Shown piece after piece: positions 21,318 through 30,313 of a stretch of 64,000 nucleotides of DNA. The stretch lies in contig OY761158.1 in assembly GCA_963664405.1 (NCBI GenBank), forward strand, positions 6,528,001-6,592,000. Direction: 5' to 3'. Position 1 is the stretch's first letter. Each line of letters begins with the position of its first letter. The notes under the pieces were generated by a model, which did no database searches, was not told where the DNA came from, and was given only the letters and a program-made list of their open reading frames with translations. The translations under genes were made by a program, and so were the position numbers. Origin of the DNA: Thermoanaerobaculia bacterium. Its GTDB lineage: Bacteria; Acidobacteriota; Thermoanaerobaculia; Multivoradales; Multivoraceae.

Positions 21318-21773
21318 ATGAAAGTTCTGCTGCAACTGGGGGTCATCATGATCGTTGGCTATGTCGGGTGGGTCTTCGGGATGCCACTGGTCAAGGGTCT
21401 AGTAGGCGCGTCGCGGGGACCGACTTCGAGCCCGGCATCGGGCCCAGGGGGCCGGTGCGTTCAGGACGCTGGCCGTGCCAGCGACCTCGTCGAGGACCGC
21501 CTACTCACTCAGGTGCGGTCGCTGACCGAAAACCGGGCATGGGACGAGATGGTTCAGGAGGTCGAGTTCGCGGTTCTTAATGCGGCCGACCAATGCCGCT
21601 GCGCTCTGGAGTCGTGCGGTATGGCGAAGGAGGCGCTCGCCTCTCTGAGCGAGATCATCGCTGCCGGTGAGTCGCGGACTTCCGGTAGCGCACCTTACGA
21701 GGCCAGTAGAAACCACCAAAAGGCGAACCAGCGCTTGTGGGAAGCGTACGAGCTCGCCAAGAAAGGCCGCTAG
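21318..21773 (+). CDS. Hypothetical membrane-anchored protein
   Basis: GGAG RBS; N-terminal TM helix; helical domain with 4 Cys. Confidence 0.65.
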   Translation: MKVLLQLGVIMIVGYVGWVFGMPLVKGLVGASRGPTSSPASGPGGRCVQDAGRASDLVEDRLLTQVRSLTENRAWDEMVQEVEFAVLNAADQCRCALESCGMAKEALASLSEIIAAGESRTSGSAPYEASRNHQKANQRLWEAYELAKKGR

Positions 21774-22438
21774 CGCCGGTGGAGTGGAAAGTGGACTTCC
21801 CAGACCCGTCCTGCTCGACCGGCCGTTCCCTGCCTGGCGCCGGCCCGCCGGTGTAGCTGGCTCCAGGCCACTTGCAGATTCAACGCGCCGTCGATCTCGA
21901 GACCGGTAACGAAGTCGAGATCGATGCCCTCGACGCCCCATGCGCTGAGCGTGCTGAGCTCGGCGGGTAGAGGGAGTCCGTCGTGATCTTGGTCGATCCA
22001 GATCTCGATCAGGTGCCAGGCCGCATCCGCCGGAGTGAGAGCTCCGTCGCCGTTGCCGCCCGCGTCGGCTTGGTCGAGTAGAAGGAGGTCGCGCCATCCT
22101 CCGGTGCTCCCGCTGAGAGCAGGGCTACGGCGGAAACCGAGGAGCTCCTCGGTGGCGAGGGCGTCGTCGCCGTCTTCGTCGAGCCAAAGGAACGCTTCGT
22201 CGTGTCCCGTGGCGGTCCAGTTGACCCGCTCCGGATCGCCATTGCCGTCGATGTCGAGGTAGACAGGGTAGTAGCGGTCGCTGAGATGAAGGCCATCGCC
22301 CTCGAGATCGACGACCAGAAGAACGATGCGTTCGGTGTCGGCGTCTTCAGTCACTTCGCTGTCGGGCAGGCCGGCGAGGGAGAACTGCAGCGTCGGCAGG
22401 CCGGCGAGGATAATGGATGCTGTGCGCGCTGCGATCAC
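21770..22438 (-). CDS. Secreted protein with Ca-binding DxDGDG/EF-hand-like repeats
   Basis: LVVDLEGDGL, DIDGNGD, WLDEDGDD, WIDQDHDG...ELSTLSAWGV. Confidence 0.75.
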   Translation of the reverse strand: MIAARTASIILAGLPTLQFSLAGLPDSEVTEDADTERIVLLVVDLEGDGLHLSDRYYPVYLDIDGNGDPERVNWTATGHDEAFLWLDEDGDDALATEELLGFRRSPALSGSTGGWRDLLLLDQADAGGNGDGALTPADAAWHLIEIWIDQDHDGLPLPAELSTLSAWGVEGIDLDFVTGLEIDGALNLQVAWSQLHRRAGARQGTAGRAGRVWEVHFPLHRR

Positions 22439-23079
22439 GGCCGTAGCTCGCTTCCGCTAGCGGTCTGCCATGGAGCCGTTCCGCGCTCTAGACCAGCGTT
22501 TCCAAAGTTCGCGCCACCTATCTCGGCCCCTTCTGCCCGCTGGCAGCGTTGCACCTCCTCGACAGATTCCCAATATGCCTGCGTCGGCGCGCCTTGCCAG
22601 CGAACAGAATGACCTCGAGCTATGCGACTCGAACTTCGGAAACGCTGGTCTAGGGACGCGCGGAGAGCTTCCCATTCCTCATTCTCCTGGGGTGTAAGCC
22701 AGCGATGTCCGGCGGCTTGACACTCGTCATTGCCTACGGCACGCCGTTCGCCGTTGCCGTCTCGAAGCACTGACATGATGCGTTCCTTGCAGAGAGGTGC
22801 AGAGGGAGCGTCGGCGAGACCGAGGACGTGTCCGATCTCGTGAGCAAGGTTGCGGGCCGGAGAGGGGCAGCGGACGCGAGTGCCGTTGGTCTGCGTGGCA
22901 TAGACGTAGAGAGTGATCGTCCGGCCCCTGAAGCTACCGCAGCGGTTGGTGCTGCTGCTGCGGCGAAGCTCGACCTGGACTAGTCGAGAGGCTGGCGCCC
23001 GATCGGTGATGGCCGGGAATCCCTTGGCGTAGTTGATGCAGCTCTGCCAGAAGGCGATTCCTTCGCGAACGAGAGTCAT
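22435..23079 (-). CDS. Zinc metalloprotease-like (metzincin/matrixin-type) protein with in-frame MITE in C-terminus; may be N-terminally truncated
   Basis: AHEIGHVLGLAD zinc motif, Met-turn-like IMS. Confidence 0.65.
   Translation of the reverse strand: MTLVREGIAFWQSCINYAKGFPAITDRAPASRLVQVELRRSSSTNRCGSFRGRTITLYVYATQTNGTRVRCPSPARNLAHEIGHVLGLADAPSAPLCKERIMSVLRDGNGERRAVGNDECQAAGHRWLTPQENEEWEALRASLDQRFRSSSRIARGHSVRWQGAPTQAYWESVEEVQRCQRAEGAEIGGANFGNAGLERGTAPWQTASGSELRP
22488..22653. repeat. CTAG-bounded MITE, copy 2
   Basis: Near-identical to 12770-12948, 13 bp shorter. Confidence 0.9.
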
Positions 23080-23161
23080 GGCTACAGATGGGCCTGGTCA
23101 CCCGCCGTCGAGCACGCCCTCTTGGTTCTTGGCGAGCTCGCCAAGAGCCACCTCGGATAGC

Positions 23162-23980
23162 ATGAAGAGGATGTGCTCGATTTCCTGCCTACGCAGCCTT
23201 GTGCCGGTCCTGTTACTCACAATGACGGTGGCGGCGTGGGCGCCGGCGGCCGGCCAGGAGGTCGATCTGGATTCTGTGCTCGAACGGCTCTTGGAGCTCG
23301 AAAGAGAAAGCGAAGAACTGCTGGAGAGCCTTCCTCCTGGGGCTCGCGAGGAGATCGAGCGACGACTCGAGGCCGCGGCCGCGGAGGCGCCAGGAGGCTC
23401 GGAGCTTGAAGAGGACGAGATCGAAGTAGAGCAAGTCGTACAGCAGCAGGTTGAGGAGCAGGAAGAGGAGCGGGTCGAGGAGAGGGAGGCCGTCGCTGCG
23501 GAGGCGCGGATCCCCCTCGTCGAGCCGTCCAGCGAGACGGTCGAGACGGAGGTCGGTGGCTGCAACCCTCTGGCCCCCTTTGATAGCAGTCAGGACGGGG
23601 CGCTCAGCGGAAGTGATCGCTATTGGCGTCACTTTTATCTGTGGGTCGACAATGGAGACGGCGATATCGACGAGGCTGAAGTGAAGAGTCTGTTCGATGT
23701 CGGCATTCGCAGAGTCTCCTTGGACCTCGAGAGCTTCACGACGGCGGAGAAAGAGTTGGGTGGCATCGGCTTCGAGGAGTGGGTCTTCTTCGAGGTTCCG
23801 CCGAATGAGAGCAGCGTCCGCCGGGGAGCGCTGACCGTGGACTCGGATGCTCTGGAGCGAGGAGAGGGGCCCCGCCTGCTCGACGCCGGTCGGACGGCCC
23901 AACGTGGTTTTCAGCCGCTGCGACCCGGGCTCTTTGTTGCCACTGAGGCCGAGGAACTGCTGGAGCTTTACTGCCCTTGA
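23162..23980 (+). CDS. Secreted acidic protein with EF-hand-like Ca-binding domain
   Basis: Signal peptide; Glu-rich helix; DSSQDGALSGSD...WVDNGDGDIDEAEV. Confidence 0.7.
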   Translation: MKRMCSISCLRSLVPVLLLTMTVAAWAPAAGQEVDLDSVLERLLELERESEELLESLPPGAREEIERRLEAAAAEAPGGSELEEDEIEVEQVVQQQVEEQEEERVEEREAVAAEARIPLVEPSSETVETEVGGCNPLAPFDSSQDGALSGSDRYWRHFYLWVDNGDGDIDEAEVKSLFDVGIRRVSLDLESFTTAEKELGGIGFEEWVFFEVPPNESSVRRGALTVDSDALERGEGPRLLDAGRTAQRGFQPLRPGLFVATEAEELLELYCP

Positions 23981-24025
23981 GGGCAGTCTAGTCGGCCACG
24001 GGTAGCTGCTAAGCTCCGGGCCACG

Positions 24026-24247
24026 GTGAAGCGGCGTCAAAGCGAGGAGGGTTATCCGGCCCTGCTGACCGACCTCCCGCCGCACCTTCATGCTCGTTTG
24101 GTGGCGGCCTCAGCGGTACTCCGTGTACCGATCGAGAACCTCGTCGAGAGTGCGCTCGAGGCGCACTTGGAGGGCCTCGATCCGGGCCAGCAGGAGCTGA
24201 TCGATCGCCTCGCGTCGGAGACGGTAAGGCGAACGAAACGGCAGTGA
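24026..24247 (+). CDS. Small hypothetical protein, possibly ribbon-helix-helix
   Basis: LPPHLHARLVAASAVLRVPIENLVESALEAHL. Confidence 0.5.
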   Translation: MKRRQSEEGYPALLTDLPPHLHARLVAASAVLRVPIENLVESALEAHLEGLDPGQQELIDRLASETVRRTKRQ

Positions 24248-24307
24248 CCGAGATCTCTTCCATCGCTGCGGGAGACGAGTCGGGGCACTAAGAGAGGAGG
24301 ACGGAAA

Positions 24308-24688
24308 TTGAAGAAGACAAGTGTTGTGATCGTTCTGCTGATGTTGTGCCTTGTCGTGAGTGCTTATGCAGGAGCGCAGCCTGCCAAGCGACAAACGATC
24401 GTGGGTGAGGTTGTTGACATCGCCTCGTACGCGATGAAGGGGGCGCGAGGCGAGGAGTACCGCGAGGCGATGAAGTTCCGAGCCGAAGGCGGCTTCCCGA
24501 TGGGAATCCTCACCGAAGAGGGTGTTCTGTATGTCGCGGTCTATCGCAATCCGGCGCCGGCAGCCTCCCTACAGCCGGCAAACAAGATCCTGGCCCCCCT
24601 CGCCGGACTTCAGGTTGTCTGCCAGGGGCGCGTCTCCGAGGCCGACGGCGTCAAGGTCGTAGAGATCGCTATCGTCTCCGAGATGTAG
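24308..24688 (+). CDS. Hypothetical secreted protein
   Basis: GAGGAGG RBS; signal peptide; TIVGEVVDIASY, OB-fold-like. Confidence 0.75.
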   Translation: MKKTSVVIVLLMLCLVVSAYAGAQPAKRQTIVGEVVDIASYAMKGARGEEYREAMKFRAEGGFPMGILTEEGVLYVAVYRNPAPAASLQPANKILAPLAGLQVVCQGRVSEADGVKVVEIAIVSEM

Positions 24689-25160
24689 GTTTTGGGAATG
24701 ATGGATATCATTCCCAAAACCTACTCGACATGGCGCCGAGGCCGGCGCATCCGGAATGATGGATATCATTCCCAAAACCTACTCGACATGGCGCCGAGGC
24801 CGGCGCATCCGGAATGATGGATATCATTCCCAAAACCTACTCGACATGGCGCCGAGGCCGGCGCATCCGGAATGATGGATATCATTCCCAAAACCTACTC
24901 GACATGGCGCCGAGGCCGGCGCATCCGGAATGATGGATATCATTCCCAAAACCTACTCGACATGGCGCCGAGGCCGGCGCATCCGGAATGATGGATATCA
25001 TTCCCAAAACCTACTCGACATGGCGCCGAGGCCGGCGCATCCGGAATGATGGATATCATTCCCAAAACCTACTCGACATGGCGCCGAGGCCGGCGCATCC
25101 GGAATGATGGATATCATTCCCAAACCTACTCGACATGGCGCCGAGGCCGGCGCATCCGGA
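24685..25160. repeat. Tandem array of eight 58-bp units with GTAG-type REP-like palindromes
   Basis: Unit GGAATGATGGATATCATTCCCAAAACCTACTCGACATGGCGCCGAGGCCGGCGCATCC at 24695, 24753, ... 25101 (last unit lacks one A). Confidence 0.97.
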
Positions 25161-25177
25161 GCGGCTTGGGAGGAAGC

Positions 25178-26230
25178 CTAGGGGCTGAGGGCCTCTAACT
25201 CTAGGCCCTCGCTGCGCCAGGCGTCGACTCCACCGGCTAGGTGATGGCTACGGGGTAGGCCCGCTTTGAGCGCTGTCTCGAGGGCCATGGCGGAGCGCTC
25301 GCCGTAGGCGCAATAGAAGACCAGAGGCCGCTTGCCGGTCGTCGAAATCTCGTGAAGCAGGCCGCCAGGGAGCACGGCCGCCTGGGTCTGGGCGTAGGGG
25401 AGATGGACCGAGCCCGGAAGGACTCCGGTCCTTTGGCGCTCGAGTGTCTCTCGGAGATCGACCAGGATGAGATCCTCGCCCGCTTGCCGCCTCTGCAGTA
25501 GCTCTTCGCAAGTCATCGCCAACCCTTGCGCCGCGATCGAGCTCAGGGACATCCCGATCTTGAGGTTGGCGGGTACTGCGACGTCCATCATCTTGGGGTC
25601 CGCGAGGTCGAGGCCGTTCATGATGTCGACGAATTCGTCGATCGAGCTCACCTGCAGGCGGGGATTCCAGCGGCGCTCCTCTCCTATCGTGCTCACTGTG
25701 TCGCCCTTGTAATCGTGGGCCGGGTAGACAAGGGTCTGTTCCGGAAGCTTCAATAGACGGTTGAAGATCGAGTCGTACTCGGCTCTTGGGTCTCCGTTCT
25801 GGAAATCGGTGCGTCCAGTGCCTCGAATGAGGAGGGTGTCGCCGGTAAAGACGCGGTCGCCCATGGCGAAGCTGTAAGAGTCGTCGGTATGCCCGGGCGT
25901 GTAGATGGCCTCGAGCGGTGGATTGCCCTCGATCTCGAGTCGGTCGCCATCGGCGACTCGCATCGAAACCACGTCGACGCCGCTCTGCTCGCCCATGACG
26001 GTGACGCATTGGGTGCGATCTCTGAGTGCACCGAGACCGGACACGTGATCGGCGTGCAGGTGTGTGTCCACTGCCTTCATCAACCTGAGGTCGAGCTCGT
26101 TGATGAGCTGGATGTAGCGGTCGACGCGGTCGAGGACCGGGTCGATAATCAGGGCCTCTTCGCCGGGGCGGCTGGCCAAAATGTAGGTGTAAGTGCTGGA
26201 GGTCGAGTCGAATAGTTGACGGAAGATCAT
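25178..26230 (-). CDS. Persulfide dioxygenase (ETHE1-like MBL) fused to rhodanese
   Basis: MIFRQLFD, DTHLHADH, GTGRTDFQ, YPAHDY; rhodanese YCAYGERS. Confidence 0.9.
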   Translation of the reverse strand: MIFRQLFDSTSSTYTYILASRPGEEALIIDPVLDRVDRYIQLINELDLRLMKAVDTHLHADHVSGLGALRDRTQCVTVMGEQSGVDVVSMRVADGDRLEIEGNPPLEAIYTPGHTDDSYSFAMGDRVFTGDTLLIRGTGRTDFQNGDPRAEYDSIFNRLLKLPEQTLVYPAHDYKGDTVSTIGEERRWNPRLQVSSIDEFVDIMNGLDLADPKMMDVAVPANLKIGMSLSSIAAQGLAMTCEELLQRRQAGEDLILVDLRETLERQRTGVLPGSVHLPYAQTQAAVLPGGLLHEISTTGKRPLVFYCAYGERSAMALETALKAGLPRSHHLAGGVDAWRSEGLELEALSP

Positions 26231-26246
26231 CGCGAGGGCCGCTGGC

Positions 26247-28112
26247 TTAACTCGGCAATTGATGGCCGAGCTTGTCTCGCTTCGCCGCCAGGTAACGCTC
26301 CCGCTGAGGTGCCGGAGGGGCGACGATCGGGATCTGGCCAACCACCTCGATTCCGATCGAGGAGTATACGAACGCGTCGACCTTCTTGGGGTTGTTGGTG
26401 AGGAGGCGGATCTTGGACAGGCCCAGGTCCTTGAGAATCTGCAGCCCGACCATATAGTCGCGAATGTCGGCGTGATAACCCAAAGCCTCGTTGGCTTCGA
26501 CCGTATCCATGCCCTGGTCTTGAAGTTGGTAGGCCCTGAGCTTCTCGATCAGGCCGATACCTCTTCCTTCCTGGGGTAGATAGACCAGGACGCCAGTGCC
26601 CTCCTCGCCGATTTGCTCGAGTGCCATCTGCAACTGATCGCCGCAGTCGCAGCGCAGCGAGTTGATGAGGTCGCCTGTCAGACAGGAAGAGTGCATGCGT
26701 ACCAGCGGCGCCTCGAGCGCAGAGAGGTCACCGAATACGAAGGCTAGAGGCTCCTGGTCTTCGTGAGAGACCGAGTAACCGATGACTCGGCCGACACCGT
26801 GCACGGTCGGTAGCTCGGCATCCGCGCCCTCGACTCTGTGGACCAACTGCTCTCGTTCACGGCGATAGCGGATGATGTCCTCAATAGAGACCATCGGCAT
26901 GTTGAATTCGTCGGCGATGGCTTTGAGCTCCTCTGCTCCCGCCATCCCGTGCCCCTCGCGGCTGCAGATCTCGCACAGCACTCCGGCGGGTGTGAGCCCG
27001 GCGAGACGAGCGAGATCCACCGTGGCCTCGGTGTGTCCGGCGCGGCGCAGCACGCCGCCTTCTTTGGCGATGAGAACGAACAAGTGGCCAGGCGTCGAGA
27101 AGTCGTCCTCCGTGGTGCTTTTGTCGAGTATGGCCTGCACCGTGCGGGAGCGCTCTGCGGGGCTGATCCCGGTGTGACAGCTGATGTGGTCGACCGGGAA
27201 AGTGAAGGGCGTCTCGGTGGGGGTGGTGTTGTTCTCGACCATCAATGAAAAGCCCTTTTCGGCTGCCAGAGCAGGGAGAACCGGCATGCAGAAAAGGCCG
27301 CCGCCTTGTCGGGTCATGAAGTGCACGATCTCAGGAGTCAGCTTGTCGGCGGCGCAGACGAAGTCGCCTTCGTCTTCGCGTTCGGCAGCGTCCACGACGA
27401 TGACGATCCTGCCCGCCGCAATGGCCTCGATCGCGTCCTCGACAAGGGCGAGTGGGTGGTCTTCGGAGGATGATCTGGCGGGAGGGGACGCCTCCGGCAG
27501 ATTCTCTGTGCGGCGTACTCGCACAGCGTGCCAGGCGGCATCGGCGAGAGCGGGCGCCGCGGCCCGTGGATCCTCCTGTTCTTGCCCGGTAAGCCATTGG
27601 CCCATGTAGTCCAGCGTCGGTCCCATGACGACTGAGGTGTAGAGGGTGCGGGGCAGCCTGGCGACTTCTCCACGCTCGATGAAGGGCATCAGCCAGGCAC
27701 CGATGGCGCTATAGAGAGCCTCGTTGAGCGCTCCTATTTGCTCTTGGGCACCGGAGAGGAAGTCAGCTTGGCGCTGGCTCGACAAGTAGCGCGCCCAAGC
27801 GGGGTTTCGGACCACCCACTCGATGTGATGTTCGACAATCGCTCGAATACCGCGCTCCGCGCCCTTGTGGCGGAGGAGCTCCTTGAGCAGGCCGGCCTGA
27901 TAGTCCTGTAGGCCCTCTAGGTAGAGAGCGGAGGCGAGGTGCTCCTTGCTCTCGAAGTGGTGGTAGAGACTGCCGGTCGAGACTCCCGCGAGGGAGCAAA
28001 TATCGCCCATCTTCGCCTTGGCGACCCCGCAATTGCCGAAGGATTCGAGGGCAGCACGCAGTATGGTCTTCTTGCGCATTTCGCTGGCCGAGGCTCGATT
28101 GGATTGCGCCAC
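26247..28112 (-). CDS. ribBA: TetR-family regulator fused to DHBP synthase/GTP cyclohydrolase II
   Basis: N-terminal TetR HTH (GVSTGSLYHHFESKEHL); REDEGD, RAGHTEA, RMHSSCLTGD, CDCG, QEGRGIGL, LLTNNP. Confidence 0.9.
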   Translation of the reverse strand: MAQSNRASASEMRKKTILRAALESFGNCGVAKAKMGDICSLAGVSTGSLYHHFESKEHLASALYLEGLQDYQAGLLKELLRHKGAERGIRAIVEHHIEWVVRNPAWARYLSSQRQADFLSGAQEQIGALNEALYSAIGAWLMPFIERGEVARLPRTLYTSVVMGPTLDYMGQWLTGQEQEDPRAAAPALADAAWHAVRVRRTENLPEASPPARSSSEDHPLALVEDAIEAIAAGRIVIVVDAAEREDEGDFVCAADKLTPEIVHFMTRQGGGLFCMPVLPALAAEKGFSLMVENNTTPTETPFTFPVDHISCHTGISPAERSRTVQAILDKSTTEDDFSTPGHLFVLIAKEGGVLRRAGHTEATVDLARLAGLTPAGVLCEICSREGHGMAGAEELKAIADEFNMPMVSIEDIIRYRREREQLVHRVEGADAELPTVHGVGRVIGYSVSHEDQEPLAFVFGDLSALEAPLVRMHSSCLTGDLINSLRCDCGDQLQMALEQIGEEGTGVLVYLPQEGRGIGLIEKLRAYQLQDQGMDTVEANEALGYHADIRDYMVGLQILKDLGLSKIRLLTNNPKKVDAFVYSSIGIEVVGQIPIVAPPAPQRERYLAAKRDKLGHQLPS

Positions 28113-28118
28113 GACGTA

Positions 28119-28147
28119 ATTCTGCTCTAGAGCGACCCTCGAGTCAA
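28119..28147 (-). promoter_or_regulatory. Sigma70-like promoter with palindrome (candidate TetR operator)
   Basis: TTGACT-17 nt-CAGAAT-6 nt-GTG; GCTCTAGAGC palindrome at 28124-28133. Confidence 0.5.
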
Positions 28148-28228
28148 GTATTTGGTCGAATCGCGAGCCCTGGGCGACCCAATGAAGCGCTCGTCGCCGG
28201 GAGCAACGAGCGGTGGCGGTAAGTAGGT

Positions 28229-28795
28229 CTAGTCGGAGAAAGCGTCGGCGAGCTCGTCTAGGACGGTCTTTTCGCCCCCTGCGATGCTCCCGATGCCGAG
28301 CAAGCCGCCAGCGGAACGGGCGACCGTTTCTGCACGGCCGAGAACCTCGGCCTTCAGGGCGAGGCGCGAGTCTTCGCTGCAGGCTTCGCCAAGAGCACCG
28401 ACATAGTCACGCCAGGCTTCGAAGAGCTCTTCGCTGGGACGCTGAGTCAGCCAACCCTCGAAGAGCTCGAAGGCGTCGCTGCCCGGGTCCACGCCGGCCT
28501 TGGCCGCGGCCTCCAGCAGCGCGGCACGCTCGCCTTCTTGAACCGCTCCGTCCGCCCATGCCACTCGCAACAACGGCACTAAGCCGAGGGCAGCGAGTGT
28601 CTCCGACCCCAGGCCTAGCCCGACGAGCTCCTCGACGACACTCTCGTTCTGGATGCCCGAGGTCTGAGTCAGGCTCTCCCTACGGTTCTCTGAGTCGACC
28701 TTCTGTCGGAGTCGCTCGAGCAGCTCACGGTTGTGTTCTGCGAAGAAGCTCTCCTCGAGCCCCCTTTTTCTTTGTGCCAAGATCTGATCGCTCAC
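28229..28795 (-). CDS. TerB-like conserved hypothetical protein
   Basis: LEESFF, LVPLLRVAWADG, WLTQRP, AGGLLGIG; GGAG RBS. Confidence 0.75.
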   Translation of the reverse strand: MSDQILAQRKRGLEESFFAEHNRELLERLRQKVDSENRRESLTQTSGIQNESVVEELVGLGLGSETLAALGLVPLLRVAWADGAVQEGERAALLEAAAKAGVDPGSDAFELFEGWLTQRPSEELFEAWRDYVGALGEACSEDSRLALKAEVLGRAETVARSAGGLLGIGSIAGGEKTVLDELADAFSD

Positions 28796-29124
28796 GATGT
28801 CTCCTTCCTCACGAGTGCTGGGATCATACCCAATTCGACTGGGAGTCGACGCTTCTTTCGCCGTCGACTTTGCAGCCGACCCGTGGCTCGAATGCGCTGC
28901 GATCGGGTGGCGGCCGCCTCGCTGATTCACTTAGCTCTTCGACGCAACTTCGCGCCAGTTCACCTACACTGAGCACCTATGCACTACCTCGGCAGAGCCT
29001 GGCTGACGTGCATGCCTATTGTTGTCGGCCTGCTCGGCGCCTCGGCCCCCACAGAGACGTTGATCGAGCGCGAGGTCGACGACCCGTTCGACCGGCCTGT
29101 GGTGCCTTCGCCGAGGACGAAACT

Positions 29125-30273
29125 GTGCTGACACTGGAGAGATCCGGCTTGGCCCTAGCGCTCCTGGTCTCGAGCGTTTTCGGGGGTGCCTGCGCCGATC
29201 CTGAGAGCAGGGTGATCGACCGCACCGCTCCTGTAGGCGCCGAGGAGTACGAGCGCCTGCTTGCCGAGGGCTCTGGAGCCACGGTGGATGTGGCAACCGT
29301 GGTGCATCTCGCCCAGGAGGCCTACCGCGAGATCAAGGCGCGAATGGACCGGCTCGCGCGCGACATCGGAGCGGAATCTTGGCAGCAGGCGTTTGCCGAG
29401 CTACAGAGGGAGTACCCCGACAGCGTCGAGGAGCTGCTCGAGGTGTATCGCCGCGAGCTGGCGCAGGCGGCCGAGTTCGTTGCGGCGCGGGAGCTGGTTA
29501 CCTTGCCGCCGGAGCTCGCCGAGGTAGTCGAGGTGCGCAACATCGCCATACGACAGAGCTTCCCTCTTGCCCTGTATATCGATCGGCGGCTGGGAGTGAC
29601 GACAACGGCGTCTCACTACCCGGATCCCGGTTATCTGGCGAATCACTGCTTGGCGTGTATCACCCCATTGGCGGTGCATGAAGGGTATCCGGGTCACCAT
29701 GTCGGGCTCTGGCACCAGGAGCAGCCGAGTGAGTATCCGAACGCTGAGATGCGGGAGCGTGCCGACGAGAACGCGCTCAACATGTTTGTACTCGAGGGCT
29801 GGGGTCTCTACGCCGAGCTGCTGATGCTCGAGCATGGTTACTACGGAAGTGCCGAGGCGGAGCTCGGGGCCTGGCGGGCGATCCTTCACCGCGCGCTGCG
29901 CGCCAGGATCGACCCGCTGCTCCACACCGGGGAGATCGACGAATCCGCCGCGGTGGAGCTTTACCAGCGCGAGTTGATGATGACCCACGACGCGGCTGAG
30001 ACCGAAGTTCGCCGCCATCTTGCTCAGCCGGGAAACAAAGCGGCCTACCTGGTGGGGGTGCTTCAGATCCTCGAGCTCAGATTCCAGGTGTTGAAGGAGA
30101 CGCGCGCGCAGGGCCGAGAGATGCCCCTGCGTGAGTTTCACGACCGGCTTCTGGAGTGGTCCCTGCCTTATCCTGAGGTCGCGCGCGAGCGTTTTGGTGT
30201 CGAGCTTGGCGCGCTCGGCGCGGCAGAGGTGCCGTGGCCGTGGATCGAGGAAAGCGCTCGAAACGGCGGTTGA
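29125..30273 (+). CDS. DUF885-family lipoprotein (short form; start approximate)
   Basis: Lipobox-like GGAC; HEGYPGHH, EGWGLYAE, AYLVG, FHDRLL. Confidence 0.8.
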   Translation: MLTLERSGLALALLVSSVFGGACADPESRVIDRTAPVGAEEYERLLAEGSGATVDVATVVHLAQEAYREIKARMDRLARDIGAESWQQAFAELQREYPDSVEELLEVYRRELAQAAEFVAARELVTLPPELAEVVEVRNIAIRQSFPLALYIDRRLGVTTTASHYPDPGYLANHCLACITPLAVHEGYPGHHVGLWHQEQPSEYPNAEMRERADENALNMFVLEGWGLYAELLMLEHGYYGSAEAELGAWRAILHRALRARIDPLLHTGEIDESAAVELYQRELMMTHDAAETEVRRHLAQPGNKAAYLVGVLQILELRFQVLKETRAQGREMPLREFHDRLLEWSLPYPEVARERFGVELGALGAAEVPWPWIEESARNGG

Positions 30274-30313
30274 GCCCAGGGGGCTTCGATTCTCCGCCGA
30301 GCGTCGTACAGGA

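Noticed and set aside
24695-25160. CRISPR array
   Set aside because: Inter-palindrome segments are identical, so there are no unique spacers, and no cas genes are present in the window
28213-29124. N-terminal half of the 686-aa ORF
   Set aside because: Overlaps the TerB-like gene on the opposite strand; real DUF885 start is near 29125
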